A stretch of DNA of 64,000 nt, from the NCBI GenBank assembly GCA_964516845.1, contig CAZEXP010000006.1:16503-80502 (forward strand). Reading direction: 5' to 3'. Positions 54,066 through 63,581 of the stretch are shown one piece after another (the first letter of the stretch is position 1; each line of letters begins with the position of its first letter). Both the position numbers and the translations under genes were made by a program. The notes below the pieces were generated by a model that was not told the DNA's origin, searched no databases, and worked only from the letters and a program-made list of their open reading frames with translations. This DNA is from an uncultured bacterium. GTDB taxonomy: Bacteria; Joyebacterota; Joyebacteria; Joyebacterales; Joyebacteraceae.

Positions 54066-56210
54066 GTGCCCTTGGAAACGTATCGTCATGCATCGACCGC
54101 ACGTGTGGTCCAGCGTTCGCGTCCGGCGCCGAGGCCCCGCACCCGGGTGCTGTGCCGCGGGAGCGGGCGCGCGCGGACACTTGTGCTTCTCGCGTTGCTC
54201 GCGACGCTCGCGCTGACGCTGCCCTCGCCGGTCGAGGCCGCCTATCCGCTGATCGCCAACATATACTTCCCGGACCTGTCGACGGCGGACCTCGCTTCGC
54301 TGGCACGCTGGGATGTTCTGATCCTGCCGAAACGAGCGGCCGATGCCGACCTGTCCGAGCTGGCGACACTCAGGGCTCTCAACCCCGACATCAAACTGAT
54401 CGTGCACATGCCGGTCGGCTACCACGGCGACTGGACATGGCCGCCCATCAACGGCGATCTCGTCGCCGCACTCAATGCCAACGACTGGTGGCTCACGGAC
54501 ACCGCGGGCGCGCGGATGATGCTGACGTGCGGCGACGCCGTCCTCAACGAAACCCTCTGGTGTCCTGAGAACGGCGAGGGAGACCGGCTCTGCGACTGGA
54601 TGCCGGAGTACATCGCGGAACGGCTCGGTCCCGGCGGACCGTGGGATGGAGTATTCCTCGACTATTGCATGGACGACATCGCGTGGGTCAACAACGACAA
54701 CGCTCTCCCCGCTGACGCCGACCACGATGGGATCGCCGACGACCCCGCCGAACTCAACGCGGCGTGGCGCGCGGGTATGGAGATCCTGACGCTCAGGCTG
54801 CGGGAACTCGTTGGGAGCGAGTTCATCGTGACGACCAACGGAAACAACACCTTCTACGACCAGTGCAACGGCTCGACCCGTGAGGGGTTCCCTCACATGC
54901 ACGGGGAGTGGCTCGAGAACATGACGAACCCCGTGTGGGGTTACCAGGCCATCTGCACGAAGTTCCAGGGCCCGGTCCTCTCGACCGTCAACACGATGTG
55001 GGACGGTCCTGTCGAGGACGGGGAGCTGGTCCGCGATGATGCCTTCGAGAGGAAGTTCACTTTCACCTTCGCCAGTACGATGGTCTACGGCGATGGCTAC
55101 TACTCGTTCGATGGCGGAGAAGGACTGCCCGAGCACTCGCAGGACTGGTGGCACGATTGGTACGACGTGGACCTCGGCATGCCTCGTGGTCGGTCCGAGG
55201 AGGTCGTCATGAGCGCCAGATGGGTTGAGAACGCTCACATGGTCCGCGCGCGGCGCTTCGAACGCGGTGTCGTCGTGGTGAACCCCACGACGGTCACGCA
55301 GACCGTACAGCTGCCCGGTGTCTACGCTCCACTCGATGGGTTCAATGGCCGGTTCTACCCGCATCACGCGATGCGTACGAGCGTGGCCGTCGGCCGTCAA
55401 TCGGGCGTGTTGCTCGTGGGGCCGGGTCAGCTGCCGCTGATGCAGGCCGGGGTGAACTGGACGCGAGGCGATGCGGACGCGGTGACGCTGACGTGGGAGC
55501 CCGTGGACGGAGCCGCGAGCTACAGCGTGTACAGGTCGCACCGGCCGGAGGGGACCTTGAACCCGGCATACCTGGAGGCGACGGTGCAGACGGCGTCGTT
55601 CGTCGACACGCTGGATGCGTGGGAATCCGCGTTCTACCGCATCGCTCCGATCGACGAGATCGGGTGTGAAGGACCGCTCTCGGGGATCGTGGTGATCAGG
55701 CCCGGGCGGGCCGCGGGCAGGATCGACGAGAGCGACAGCGGGCTTGATTCCGACCTGGATGACTCCGGGCGGGCGGATGGGACCGGGATCGTTGACGGGA
55801 CAGACGAAGCGCGTGTGGACGAAGAGTACCCGTGGGGTTGCACCGTGGACGTCGACGGGGCGGTGGAGCCGCGCGGTGATAGCAGCGCGTCGGAGAGGGA
55901 CGAAGTCGCGGGTCCGGTCAGGCTCGTCGGCGTGAGCCCGAACCCCGCGCTCTGTCTGACGCGCGTCGTCTTCCACATCGATCCTGGATCCCCGCCCGGG
56001 GGAGAACCGGTCGTGAGGATCTATGACATCAGAGGCCGACTGGTCTACGAGTCGACCGACGGCCGGGCGCGGTCGGGAAGCTTGAACGTCGTCGAGTGGG
56101 ATCTGAAGGACAGGCGGGGGTCCCGCGTGCCCGCCGGATGCTACCTGGTGGCCGTTGAGGGAGTCGGCGAGCCCGCGCGGGGCAAGGTCGTCGTGATCCC
56201 GGAGAACTAG
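54066..56210 (+). CDS. Secreted glycoside-hydrolase-like (TIM-barrel GHL-type) protein with Fn3-like domain and T9SS-type C-terminal sorting domain (paralog A)
   Basis: Likely true start GTG 54147 (signal peptide VLCRGSGRARTLVLLALLATLALTLPSPVEA). The N-domain (ANIYFPDL...DWMPEYIAER...FLDYCMDDIAW) resembles hypothetical glycosyl-hydrolase-like families. An Fn3-like segment VTLTWEPVDGAASYSVYRS follows, then an acidic linker. C-terminus ...RIYDIRGRLVYES...GCYLVAVEGVGEPARGKVVVI resembles Por_Secre_tail/FlgD-Ig-type CTDs. Confidence 0.6.
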   Translation: MPLETYRHASTARVVQRSRPAPRPRTRVLCRGSGRARTLVLLALLATLALTLPSPVEAAYPLIANIYFPDLSTADLASLARWDVLILPKRAADADLSELATLRALNPDIKLIVHMPVGYHGDWTWPPINGDLVAALNANDWWLTDTAGARMMLTCGDAVLNETLWCPENGEGDRLCDWMPEYIAERLGPGGPWDGVFLDYCMDDIAWVNNDNALPADADHDGIADDPAELNAAWRAGMEILTLRLRELVGSEFIVTTNGNNTFYDQCNGSTREGFPHMHGEWLENMTNPVWGYQAICTKFQGPVLSTVNTMWDGPVEDGELVRDDAFERKFTFTFASTMVYGDGYYSFDGGEGLPEHSQDWWHDWYDVDLGMPRGRSEEVVMSARWVENAHMVRARRFERGVVVVNPTTVTQTVQLPGVYAPLDGFNGRFYPHHAMRTSVAVGRQSGVLLVGPGQLPLMQAGVNWTRGDADAVTLTWEPVDGAASYSVYRSHRPEGTLNPAYLEATVQTASFVDTLDAWESAFYRIAPIDEIGCEGPLSGIVVIRPGRAAGRIDESDSGLDSDLDDSGRADGTGIVDGTDEARVDEEYPWGCTVDVDGAVEPRGDSSASERDEVAGPVRLVGVSPNPALCLTRVVFHIDPGSPPGGEPVVRIYDIRGRLVYESTDGRARSGSLNVVEWDLKDRRGSRVPAGCYLVAVEGVGEPARGKVVVIPEN

Positions 56211-56292
56211 CGAGTGAGTGAGTGACCGGAGAGCCGTGTCGCAGCGAGACGCCGCGGCTCGTATCCGATCCCGCCTCATGTATTGTGGACAT

Positions 56293-56335
56293 CAGCCCGT
56301 CCGGGGTTCCCGGGCGGGCTGTTACTTGGTATCTG
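56293..56335 (+). terminator. Intrinsic-terminator-like hairpin after paralog A
   Basis: CAGCCCGTCCGGGG-TT-CCCGGGCGGGCTG: a 13-bp GC-rich stem with one bulge. It is followed by the T-rich tract TTACTTGGTATCT. Confidence 0.35.
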
Positions 56336-56408
56336 GCACAGGTGTTGCAATATAGACATGCAGTGTGTGGGAGGGTGAATCCGGGCGGATAGGCAGGGGG
56401 AGACGGCC

Positions 56409-58466
56409 ATGGCGAGAGTGCGAGTGGACTGCGGTCGAGATGAGCGCTACTACACCGAAGCCGCCGTGCGCGTGGTGGTCGTTTCGTTGCTGTGCATAGC
56501 GCTCGTCTGCGCGGTGCTCGCGGCGTCGGCGACGACGGTGTCGGCTCGCACGCCGGGGTCCTACCCGCGGCTTGCCAATATCTACTTCCCGACGCTCGCC
56601 GGAGCCGACCTGGAGGCGCTGGCACGATACGACGTGCTCGTGCTTCCCGCGCGTGGCGAACAACTGACGCGCGAGGAGCTGGCCACCCTGCGGGATCTCA
56701 ACCCGAGCATCACGCTTCTGGCGCACATGCCGATCGGATATCACGGCGATTGGGGCTCGCCCAGCATCTTCAGCGATGTCATGGACGCGGCGAACGAGCA
56801 CAACTGGTGGTTGCGCGACCGACTCGGGCAGCGTGTCCGGATGGACTTCGGTGACTATCTTCTGAATCTCACGACGTGGTGCCCGCCTGACGAGGACGGA
56901 AGGACATTCGGCAGCTGGATGGCCAAGCACATCGCCGACCGTCTGGCTCCCGGAGGTCTCTGGGACGGCGTCTACCTCGACTACTGCATGGACGATATCG
57001 CGTGGGCCGGCAGCGGCTTGACGTGGGGCCTCGACGCCGACAACAACGCCCAGGCCGATGATCCCGCTGAGCTGAACGAAGCGTGGCGTGCGGGAACGGA
57101 GATGCTCGTCTCGAAGCTCAGGGAGTACGTCGGTCAGGACTACCTTATCGTGACGAACGGGAACAACACCGTGTACGAGGCGTGCGACGGAGGGACACGT
57201 GAGGACTTCCCGAGCATGCACGGGGGCTGGCTCGAGAACGTGACCGCGGCCGGGTACGGCTACAGGGCAATGCAGTCGCGCTACCGCAAGCCGTCCGTGA
57301 ACATCATCAACACGATCTGGTACGGGTCGGCGGATCCGGAGGCGGACATGCCGGCTGTCGCGGCCGAGCAGAAGTTCCGGTACACGCTCGCCACGACACT
57401 CGTGTACGGCGACGGCTACTACTCCTTCGACGGAGGGAGGGGGCTGCCGCATCACTGCCAGACATGGTGGCACGAGCTCTACGACATGGACCTAGGCGTT
57501 CCGGTGGAGCGCGGAGCAGCGGTCGAGGCGTGGCCGGGCGAATCCCCATGGATCGAGAACGGCGACATGGTGGCGCAGAGGCGCTTCACCAGGGGGATGG
57601 TCCTTGTCAACCCGAGCACCTGCATGCAGCACGTCGAACTCGGCGGCGTCTACTACCCGGCCGAGAGCTGGAACGGGAGCTTCTACCCGTACGAGCGGAC
57701 CACATCGACAGCCGCGGTCACCTACTGCAACGGTGAATTCTACGCCGGGAGAGGGAGCGTGCTCTCGGCGGTGATGGACATCTCGTTCAAGGAAGGAGCC
57801 GACGGCGATCTGCTCCTTGCGTGGAGCAAGGTCGCCGGTGCCGTGGCGTACGCCGTCTATCGGAGCGACGGGCGGCTTGGCGGGGACTGCGGCGAGCTGG
57901 TGGCCATCGTCGACGGTCCGCAGTTCCGGGATGATGAGAGCAACATGAGGAGCGACGTCAGGTACAGCGTCTCGCCGATCGACGACCTGCTGTGCGAGGG
58001 ACGTCCCTCGCTTCCCGTGAGCGCCGTGGACGCGTCCGGCAGCGGGATGGTCGAGGCATCCATGTCCGATCTGCCGCATGACCGTGTCGCGGCCGCGCAG
58101 ATGATGGAGCCGCAGGTCTACGGGGGACGCCTCTCCGACGGGACCGGGGACCACTCCGAGCAGGGCGCGTGTCCCTCGGTGCTTCACGGCTCGGCGCCCA
58201 ACCCGGCCGCGCACGAGACCAGGATCAGCTTCACCTTGGGCGACGATGAGCGCTGGGGCGGCGGAAGACCCACGACGGTGACCGTGTTCGATGTTCGCGG
58301 CAGGGTCGTGCGGACGCTCGTCAACGACCGGCTCCCGGCCGGACGGCACGAGGTGCGCTGGGACCTCCGCGGGGATTCCGGCCAGCGTGTGGCGGCCGGC
58401 TGTTACCTGTTCGCGCTCTCCGCGGGCGAAGAGACCCTCCACGGCAAGCTTCTCGTCGTCAACTAG
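56409..58466 (+). CDS. Secreted glycoside-hydrolase-like protein with Fn3-like domain and T9SS-type C-terminal sorting domain (paralog B)
   Basis: 685 aa. N-terminal signal/anchor VRVVVVSLLCIALVCAVLAASATTVSA. The catalytic-like domain is collinear with paralog A and roughly half identical by eye (ANIYFPTL...YLDYCMDDIAW...FPSMHGGWLENVT). C-terminus ...TVFDVRGRVVRTLVND...GCYLFALSAGEETLHGKLLVVN. Confidence 0.6.
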   Translation: MARVRVDCGRDERYYTEAAVRVVVVSLLCIALVCAVLAASATTVSARTPGSYPRLANIYFPTLAGADLEALARYDVLVLPARGEQLTREELATLRDLNPSITLLAHMPIGYHGDWGSPSIFSDVMDAANEHNWWLRDRLGQRVRMDFGDYLLNLTTWCPPDEDGRTFGSWMAKHIADRLAPGGLWDGVYLDYCMDDIAWAGSGLTWGLDADNNAQADDPAELNEAWRAGTEMLVSKLREYVGQDYLIVTNGNNTVYEACDGGTREDFPSMHGGWLENVTAAGYGYRAMQSRYRKPSVNIINTIWYGSADPEADMPAVAAEQKFRYTLATTLVYGDGYYSFDGGRGLPHHCQTWWHELYDMDLGVPVERGAAVEAWPGESPWIENGDMVAQRRFTRGMVLVNPSTCMQHVELGGVYYPAESWNGSFYPYERTTSTAAVTYCNGEFYAGRGSVLSAVMDISFKEGADGDLLLAWSKVAGAVAYAVYRSDGRLGGDCGELVAIVDGPQFRDDESNMRSDVRYSVSPIDDLLCEGRPSLPVSAVDASGSGMVEASMSDLPHDRVAAAQMMEPQVYGGRLSDGTGDHSEQGACPSVLHGSAPNPAAHETRISFTLGDDERWGGGRPTTVTVFDVRGRVVRTLVNDRLPAGRHEVRWDLRGDSGQRVAAGCYLFALSAGEETLHGKLLVVN

Positions 58467-58525
58467 CTCCGACCAGCCCGAACACACCACGTCCCACAAC
58501 GGTCGTACCGCTTGCGACACCCGCC

Positions 58526-58554
58526 TTGACTGAGGCGCGTGCCGGTGCTAGCGT
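58526..58554 (+). promoter_or_regulatory. Weak candidate promoter upstream of cvpA
   Basis: TTGACT, a 17-nt spacer, then TAGCGT. The -10 element is poor. Confidence 0.2.
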
Positions 58555-58601
58555 CACGCGGACGGGCCCGAAGCGGCCCCTGACCGTACCAGGAGGGGCT
58601 C

Positions 58602-59153
58602 ATGAACGGTGTAGACCTCATTATCCTGATCATCCTGGCCATCGGGCTCATCTCCGGACTCGCGCGGGGCATCATCCGGACGCTCTTTGGTCTCGCGGCG
58701 CTGGTTCTCGGCGTCGTCACGGCTGCCGGGAGCTTCGGCTATGTTGCGTCAACCGTGTTCGGATTCGTGTCCGATGAACGGGCGGCCGAGATACTCGCGT
58801 TCATTCTCGTGTTCCTGATCGTATTCACCGTCATCGCCTTCATCGGGCGGCTCATCGCGAAGGTGATCAAGATCGCGGCTCTCGGGTGGGTCGATCGGCT
58901 CGCCGGCGGCATCGCGGGGATCGTCCTGGCGTCGATCGTGGCGGGCACGCTCCTGCTGCTCGCGGTTCTGGGCGGATTCCACAAGACCCCGGTTCTGGCG
59001 CTCTCAACCATGGCGCCCAGGGTGCTCGGTGTGACCGACGCGATCGTCACGCTCGTTCCGGCCGGCGTACGCGCAGGATTCGAAGAGGAGTACCGCTCGC
59101 TTCGGGGCGAGTGGGAAGAGGCCCGGCTTCGCGCCCGCACGCGTCTCGTATGA
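58602..59153 (+). CDS. cvpA: CvpA-family (colicin V production) membrane protein
   Basis: 183 aa. N-terminal DLIILIILAIGLISGLARG and four TM helices typical of CvpA. Confidence 0.8.
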   Translation: MNGVDLIILIILAIGLISGLARGIIRTLFGLAALVLGVVTAAGSFGYVASTVFGFVSDERAAEILAFILVFLIVFTVIAFIGRLIAKVIKIAALGWVDRLAGGIAGIVLASIVAGTLLLLAVLGGFHKTPVLALSTMAPRVLGVTDAIVTLVPAGVRAGFEEEYRSLRGEWEEARLRARTRLV

Positions 59154-59154
59154 G

Positions 59155-61041
59155 ATGAAAGGACGACGGATGACCGACGAGTCGAGTCCTGACCTTCAGG
59201 GAGAACAGCCGGCGGAGACGCAGACCGGGAGCGCCGAAGATCAGTCCGACGGACCGGAAGTGGATGTCCTCGGGCAGATCGGCGTGGATGTCACGGCGCT
59301 CGCTGAGGCCGAGGGTGAGCCGCAGCCTGACCTCTGGGCGGATCAGACGCGGCGCGTCATGGAGGTTCTCGGCAAGCGGGAGCGTCACGCGGCGATCCTT
59401 GTCGGTCCGCACGGTGTCGGCAAGCGGGGACTCATCTTCGCGCTCGCCGGGAGGCTTCGGGCGAAGGGCGGGCTGCCTCGGCTCCGCGGACGCAGGCTGA
59501 TCGAGCTTCCGTTCCATCGCGTTCTCGCCGGCGCCCGTCAGCAGGGCGACTTCGAGCGCATCGTCTTTGTGGCCATGCGACAGGCCGCCGCGCGTGACGA
59601 CGTGATCCTCTTCCTCGACAACTACACGAGTTTCCTCGGCGTCACGAGGAGCGGACAGGCGCTTCTCGACGCCTCGTACGCGATCGAGATGGCCCTCCAT
59701 CAGCCGGGGCTCTACCTTCTGGGCAGCAGCACTCCCGAACTCTACCGCGCCGCCACGGCGAAACTTCCGTGGCTCGAGCGGGCCATGACGGTGGTCGACG
59801 TGCCGGAGCCGTCGCGCGACGCGGCGATCGAGCTACTGGAGCGCGCGTCGGTCGGTCTCGCCGAGTACCACGGCGTGAGCATCGGGTCCGATGTGCTCGA
59901 GGCCGCGGTCGATCTGTCCGGGTACTTCGTCAGGGAACGCGTGCTGCCGGGGAAGGCAATGGAGCTCCTCGACGAGGCAGCCAGCAAGGCCGTTCTTCGC
60001 GGCGGTCCCGGCGGGGCCATCGAGGTCCATGACATCACCAGCGCGCTCTCGGAGTGGGTCCGCATCCCGCCCGAGAAGCTGGAGGGCGCCGTCAACAGCG
60101 AGCTGCTCGAACTCGAGACGGTTCTGGAGCGTCGGGTCAAGGGGCAGTCGCGGTGCATCCGGAAGATAGCCGATGTGATCCGGGTCTCGCGGCTCGGTCT
60201 CGACGCGAGGCCCCAGCGCCCGGACGGCGTGTTTCTGTTCGTCGGTCCGCCGGGCGTCGGCAAGAGCGAACTCGCCAGGGCGCTCGCCGACGAGCTCTAC
60301 GGAGGTTCATCGCGGTTGTTCGAGTTCAACATGACCCGCTATTCGGAGGACGACGGCGCGGCGCGTCTGTTTGGTCTGTCGCTCGGTGATGTTGAGCACG
60401 AGGGTGACCTGACCCGGGTCGTCGTGCGGTGGCCGCACTCGGTTATCGTGTTCGAGCAGGTCGAGCGCACGCACCGGGACGTGGCGGTCGCCCTCATGCA
60501 GGTGTTTCGCGAGGGGTACGGCGTTGACGGGCAGGGGAGGCCCATCGAGTTCGGGGACACCGTCATCATCATGACATCGAATTCCGAGAATCTCCTGCCT
60601 TCGGCCGACGAGAACGGGGCCGTCGGGTTCAGTCAGTCATCGCAGGCGAGCGAGGACCGGTATCTGCGTGAGATCCGCACGGCCGTCGAGAAGTTCTTCC
60701 CGCCCGAGTTTCTCGAGGGGATCGACGAGGTGCTGCTGTTCGATCGGCTGACCGATTCGGCGCTCCACGACATCGTAAGACTGCGCCTCGACGACGTCCG
60801 GGAGCGGCTCGGCGAGCGCGATGTGGCGCTCGATGTTACGGATGACGCCGTCGCGAAGATCGCCGAGAAGGGCGCGAGCCGCGAGTATGGCGCCCGACAT
60901 CTTGGTCGAACGGTCGAGGGGCTTGTCCTCAAGCCGATCGCGCGGTTCCTTCTGGCGAACCCGGAGGCCAGGACGATCCGGGTCCACGTCGTCGAAGGCG
61001 ATATCGAAGTGAGTGGGGCTCCCGCGAACGGAGGGGCGTAG
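59155..61041 (+). CDS. Clp/Hsp100-family double-AAA+ protein with substituted catalytic residues in both NBDs (predicted pseudo-ATPase)
   Basis: 628 aa. Acidic disordered N-terminus. NBD1 Walker A is GPHGVGKRG (Arg in place of Thr/Ser) and Walker B is ILFLDN (Glu replaced by Asn). NBD2 Walker A GPPGVGKSE is intact, but Walker B is VIVFEQVE (DE replaced by EQ). PEFLEGID replaces the PEFxNRID arginine-finger region. The sensor-2 GAR motif is retained (EYGARHLGR). Confidence 0.7.
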   Translation: MKGRRMTDESSPDLQGEQPAETQTGSAEDQSDGPEVDVLGQIGVDVTALAEAEGEPQPDLWADQTRRVMEVLGKRERHAAILVGPHGVGKRGLIFALAGRLRAKGGLPRLRGRRLIELPFHRVLAGARQQGDFERIVFVAMRQAAARDDVILFLDNYTSFLGVTRSGQALLDASYAIEMALHQPGLYLLGSSTPELYRAATAKLPWLERAMTVVDVPEPSRDAAIELLERASVGLAEYHGVSIGSDVLEAAVDLSGYFVRERVLPGKAMELLDEAASKAVLRGGPGGAIEVHDITSALSEWVRIPPEKLEGAVNSELLELETVLERRVKGQSRCIRKIADVIRVSRLGLDARPQRPDGVFLFVGPPGVGKSELARALADELYGGSSRLFEFNMTRYSEDDGAARLFGLSLGDVEHEGDLTRVVVRWPHSVIVFEQVERTHRDVAVALMQVFREGYGVDGQGRPIEFGDTVIIMTSNSENLLPSADENGAVGFSQSSQASEDRYLREIRTAVEKFFPPEFLEGIDEVLLFDRLTDSALHDIVRLRLDDVRERLGERDVALDVTDDAVAKIAEKGASREYGARHLGRTVEGLVLKPIARFLLANPEARTIRVHVVEGDIEVSGAPANGGA

Positions 61042-61048
61042 CGTGCGG

Positions 61049-62473
61049 ATGCTCATCGGCGGTGAGCCGGCGGCCGCGGAACACGAGTTCGAGGTTCACG
61101 ACCCCTACGACGGTTCTCTGATCGATTCCGTCCCGCTCGCCCGCGAAAGGGACGTCGCGGCCGCGCTCGATGCCGCGGAGCGCGGCGCAGCGCTCATGGA
61201 AGCGCTTCCCAGGGTCGAACGAGCGGGCATCCTCGGCAGGACCGCCGCGGCGATCGAACGACGGACGGAGGAGCTGGCGGCGCTGCTCAGTCGTGAGGTG
61301 GGGAAGACGGTCCGTGAGGCCCGGGGCGAGGTGGCCCGGGCGGTCCAGACCTTCGTTCTCTCCGCCGAGGAGGCGCGGCGGCTCGCGGGCGAGATCGTCC
61401 CCTTCGACGGCGCTCCGACCGGGACGGACCGGTTTGGGTTCACGCTGCGCGTCCCTGTCGGGATCGTCGTCGCCATCACGCCCTTCAACTTCCCGCTCAA
61501 TCTCGCCGCACACAAGGTCGGCCCTGCGATCGCCGCCGGGAACGCGGTCATTCTCAAGCCGGCGAGCGCAACGCCGCTGACCGACATCGTTCTCGGGGAG
61601 GTCCTCGTGGAGAGCGGGCTTCCCCGCGAGGCCATCTCCGTGGTGACCGGTCCGGGTGGTACGGTCGGTCGAGCGCTGGTGACCGACCCGAGACCGCGCG
61701 TCGTGACCTTCACGGGAAGCGCGGATGTCGGTCGGACCATCATGGCGAGCGCCGGGCTCAAACGCTGCGCGATGGAACTCGGGTCGAACTCCGCCGTGAT
61801 CGTGGAGGCGGACGGTGATCTGGAGGCGGCCGCGGAGCGGTCGATGCGGGGCGCTTTCGCTCTCGCCGGGCAGGTCTGCATCTCGGTGCAGCGCGCGCTC
61901 GTCCACGAGTCGGTCTATGACGAATTCGTCGAGCGTGCCGTCGCCGTGACGCGGGGCCTGGTCGTGGGAGATCCGAAGGACGAGCGGACGGACGTTGGTC
62001 CGATGATCGATGAGTCCGAAGCCGCGCGGGCCGAGTCGTGGACCGCCGAGGCTGTCGCGGCGGGCGCCGTGGTCCGGACAGGCGGGACGCGGCGTCGGAG
62101 TCTGCTGGCTCCGACCATCCTGACGGACGTCCCCGGTGACGCGCGCGTATGGCGTGATGAGGCATTCGCACCGGTGGTCGTGGTGCGACCCTACGCAAGC
62201 TTCGATGAGGCGATCGCGCTCGTCAACGAGTCCCGCTACGGGCTTCAGGCGGGCGTCTACACGGAGGACCTGGAGGTCGCGCTCCGCGCGGCGCACGAGA
62301 TCCGCTGTGGCGGGGTGATGATCAACGATGTTCCCACGTACCGGGTCGATCTGATGCCCTACGGGGGCGAGAAGGACAGCGGCCTGGGGCGGGAGGGCCC
62401 CGGATACGCAGTCGAGGAGATGTCGGAGCTGCGCGTCGTGGGCATTCGACGGCGCCCACGGGTTTCCTCTTGA
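61049..62473 (+). CDS. NAD(P)-dependent aldehyde dehydrogenase family protein
   Basis: ALDH motifs FTGSADVGRTIM, catalytic ELGSNSAVIV (Glu) and FALAGQVCISVQR (Cys). GTG 61043 is an alternative start. Confidence 0.85.
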   Translation: MLIGGEPAAAEHEFEVHDPYDGSLIDSVPLARERDVAAALDAAERGAALMEALPRVERAGILGRTAAAIERRTEELAALLSREVGKTVREARGEVARAVQTFVLSAEEARRLAGEIVPFDGAPTGTDRFGFTLRVPVGIVVAITPFNFPLNLAAHKVGPAIAAGNAVILKPASATPLTDIVLGEVLVESGLPREAISVVTGPGGTVGRALVTDPRPRVVTFTGSADVGRTIMASAGLKRCAMELGSNSAVIVEADGDLEAAAERSMRGAFALAGQVCISVQRALVHESVYDEFVERAVAVTRGLVVGDPKDERTDVGPMIDESEAARAESWTAEAVAAGAVVRTGGTRRRSLLAPTILTDVPGDARVWRDEAFAPVVVVRPYASFDEAIALVNESRYGLQAGVYTEDLEVALRAAHEIRCGGVMINDVPTYRVDLMPYGGEKDSGLGREGPGYAVEEMSELRVVGIRRRPRVSS

Positions 62474-62563
62474 CAGGCAACCGGATACGTCGTATCTTCA
62501 TGTGTTCAGAAATCGAGCACTGTGGGCGAGCTCAAGCTCCGCCTGAACGCTGGATTCTGATTC

Positions 62564-62641
<78 letters not shown>

Positions 62642-62808
62642 CAATTTCATATCAAGAAGGAGCATTCCGCTTCTCACCTCGAGGCCGCCGCGTGCGCGCT
62701 GAAGAGGTTGATGAGACTGCACGGGGGCCTTTGCCCCGACGTGCAGCGTAACGGGGTGCGTTCATATGCATCCCGTTCGTCGTATATGACCGCCGGCAAG
62801 GCCGGCAC

Positions 62809-63390
62809 GTGGAAGGGGGCAAGTTGGCCATACAGACGCCGCGCGTCAACCGTCGGATCAGGATTCCGCAGGTCCGCGTCATCGACAGCGATGGCTCGCA
62901 GATTGGCGTGATCTCGACGTCTGAGGCGCTTGCGCTTGCCGAAGAACGTGGTCTGGACCTCGTCGAGGTCTCGCCCAAGGCGAGGCCTCCCGTCTGCAAG
63001 ATCATGGACTACGGCAAGTATATGTATGAGCAGAACAAGAGCGCCAAGGAGGCGAAGAAGCGACAGCACGTGACGCAGGTCAAAGAGATCAAGATGCGTC
63101 CGAAGATCGAGAAGCACGACTACGAGTTCAAGGTTCGTCACGCGCGCGAGTTCCTCGGCGAGGGTGACAAGGTCAAGTGCACCGTCATCTTTCGCGGCAG
63201 AGAGCTCGCCCACAAGGAACTCGGAGCGAAGCTGATCAATCGGGCCGTTGAAGATCTGGCCGACGTCGCGCAGGTCGAGGTTCCGCTCCGGCACGAGGGC
63301 AGAAGCATTGTGATCGTCCTCGCGCCGCTGCCGGTCTCGAAGAAAAAGGAGAGCAGAAAGGGCGACGATGCCGAAGATCAGAACGCATAA
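62809..63390 (+). CDS. infC: Translation initiation factor IF-3
   Basis: GTG start. N-terminus [34 protein letters not shown] aligns with the E. coli IF3 N-terminus [26 protein letters not shown]. The C-domain is ...[19 protein letters not shown] non-AUG start is typical for infC autoregulation. Confidence 0.85.
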   Translation: MEGGKLAIQTPRVNRRIRIPQVRVIDSDGSQIGVISTSEALALAEERGLDLVEVSPKARPPVCKIMDYGKYMYEQNKSAKEAKKRQHVTQVKEIKMRPKIEKHDYEFKVRHAREFLGEGDKVKCTVIFRGRELAHKELGAKLINRAVEDLADVAQVEVPLRHEGRSIVIVLAPLPVSKKKESRKGDDAEDQNA

Positions 63391-63562
63391 GGGAGCCGCG
63401 AAGCGCTTCAAGAGAACCGCGTCCGGCAAGCTGAAGAGGAACAAGGCCTACACGGGCCACTTCTTCATCCGGAAGGGCGCGACGCAGAAGCGGAATCTGC
63501 GCAAGGCGGCGTACGTGTCCGACGCTGACAAGAAGAGAATCGATAGGCTGTTGCCGAGCTAG
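63368..63562 (+). CDS. rpmI: 50S ribosomal protein L35
   Basis: 64 aa, [24 protein letters not shown]. Overlaps the infC 3' end by 23 nt. Confidence 0.9.
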   Translation: MPKIRTHKGAAKRFKRTASGKLKRNKAYTGHFFIRKGATQKRNLRKAAYVSDADKKRIDRLLPS

Positions 63563-63581
63563 CAGGGAGGTACAAGCAGCA

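Noticed and set aside
56335-56408. Promoter for paralog B (TTGGTA ... CAATAT/TATAGA)
   Set aside because: Only 3-4 of 6 matches in each hexamer, with ambiguous spacing. This is not strong enough to call.
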